Positions 48,669 to 49,710 of a stretch of 49,710 nucleotides of DNA are shown piece after piece. The notes under the pieces were generated by a model. That model was not told the origin of the DNA. It worked only from the letters and a program-made list of their open reading frames with translations, and made no database searches. The stretch is taken from IMG/VR virus record IMGVR_UViG_3300017707_000475, positions 1-49,710 of that record; one strand, 5' to 3'. The stretch's first letter is position 1, and each line of letters starts with the position of its first letter. The stretch comes from a virus. Its lineage: Duplodnaviria > Caudoviricetes. A program made the translations under genes and the position numbers.

Positions 48669-48703
48669 CGGAGCCGTCCCTGTCCCCCACAGAAGGAGAC
48701 CAC

Positions 48704-49171
48704 ATGAACCATCGCCTCAAGATCGGCACAGCCATCCTCACCTCCCTGCTCCTGATCGCCCCACCGGGGCGAGCTTCTGCCGGGCTCGAGCCATCGGCGA
48801 GCCGACCTGAGCGACGTGGTCACTCCCACTACGACGGGGTGCTCCCGGACAAGTACTACGACCTGCTCGCCCGGTGCGAGACGGGTCACAACTGGGCGCA
48901 CTCCACAAGGTCGTACACGGGTGGCCTCGGGATTGCCCGAGGGACATGGCAACGCTGGAGCAACTCGTCCTCAGCCAAGGGCAAGACCCCGGCACAGCAG
49001 GTCGCAGTCGCCGACAACATTGCCTTCCTCGGCTTCACCGAGTCCGATGGAGAGTTCGTGTGGCCTGTCGGTCCGTGGGGCTGGGGCTGTGTGAAGAAAT
49101 GGAAGAGTCTCCAGAGTTTCATCTGCCGATCCCGGCACAAGGCAGTCCAGCGATGGAAGCGTGGATGCTGA
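48704..49171 (+). CDS. Secreted Rpf-like lytic transglycosylase
   Basis: Signal peptide; YDLLARCETGHNW..YTGGLGI..TW..QQVAVA..WG.C; AAGGAG RBS. Confidence 0.75.
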   Translation: MNHRLKIGTAILTSLLLIAPPGRASAGLEPSASRPERRGHSHYDGVLPDKYYDLLARCETGHNWAHSTRSYTGGLGIARGTWQRWSNSSSAKGKTPAQQVAVADNIAFLGFTESDGEFVWPVGPWGWGCVKKWKSLQSFICRSRHKAVQRWKRGC

Positions 49172-49224
49172 CACCCGTGTGAGTCATACCACATAGACGC
49201 TCTAGTTGTGTAGTCTGTGAGGCG

Positions 49225-49710
49225 ATGCCTGATCGTCGACCCCGCGCCAAGACACCCCAGTTCAACAGTCTCGTCGCTGCTGCCGAGATCATGCTCGCCC
49301 CCAATCTGGGGGTCAGAGGCTCATCAACAATCTCCCCTCATGGCTGGCATCACGATGCATGGGACTATTACGACACCATCGGCGAGCTTCGCTTCGGGGT
49401 GAACTGGATCGCCAATGCGATGTCCCGGGTCAACCTCGTCGCCGCTCGCCCACCCGACAGCCCGGGGGGAGACCCTGTCATCCTTGACCCAGCCGATCCG
49501 ACTCTGACCGCAGCCCAGCGACGTGCAGCCGAGATCGTGGCTCTCATCGCAGGAGGCCAGTCAGGTCAGGGTCAGATGCTCCTGTCCTTCGGCATCCATC
49601 TCTCAGTCACAGGCGTGGCATGGCTCGTCGCCGAGCCCCGTCTGGACGACCCCCTCTCGGATCGGTTCGAGACATGGCTCGTCCTGTCGACCGAGGAGAT
49701 CCGGGAGACA
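49225..49710 (+). CDS. Portal protein, N-terminal part (runs off the window end)
   Basis: Hand translation MPDRRPRAK...AWDYYDTIGELRFGVNWIANAMSRVNLVAA...WLVLSTEEIRET; no stop before 49710. Confidence 0.85.
   Translation, partial: MPDRRPRAKTPQFNSLVAAAEIMLAPNLGVRGSSTISPHGWHHDAWDYYDTIGELRFGVNWIANAMSRVNLVAARPPDSPGGDPVILDPADPTLTAAQRRAAEIVALIAGGQSGQGQMLLSFGIHLSVTGVAWLVAEPRLDDPLSDRFETWLVLSTEEIRET

Noticed and set aside
48511-48703. c-di-AMP (ydaO) riboswitch or pistol ribozyme
   Set aside because: The consensus segments of these families, as I recall them, are not present; kept only as an unknown structure.

Overview
The window looks like a near-complete, circularly permuted genome of a GC-rich (roughly two-thirds GC by eye) tailed phage, probably a siphovirus of an actinobacterial host. 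Essentially all credible genes are on the + strand. The portal gene is split across the window ends (49225-49710 plus 1-1332). The virion module resembles mycobacteriophage cluster B: portal, MuF, maturation protease, separate hexamer- and pentamer-type capsid proteins, major tail protein, a frameshifted tail chaperone, tape measure, Dit, hub, and collar and collagen fibres with a GT2-TPR glycosyltransferase. The most notable locus sits directly upstream of the terminase: ParB, TET/JBP dioxygenase, amino acid:DNA transferase, PLP enzyme and P-loop kinase, with an unusual C5 methyltransferase and a GP88/radical-SAM-like gene nearby. No DNA polymerase or dUMP hydroxymethylase is recognisable, which points to fully post-replicative amino-acid hypermodification of DNA. 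Other highlights: a palindromic operator in the spacers of several sigma-70-type promoters; many apparently leaderless genes; a roughly 450-nt structured non-coding region in a genome with no recognisable replication genes; a pseudoknotted leader before an Rpf-like gene; a MuF-metallopeptidase fusion; and strong oligonucleotide biases. Family assignments come from motifs recognised by eye, not from database searches.
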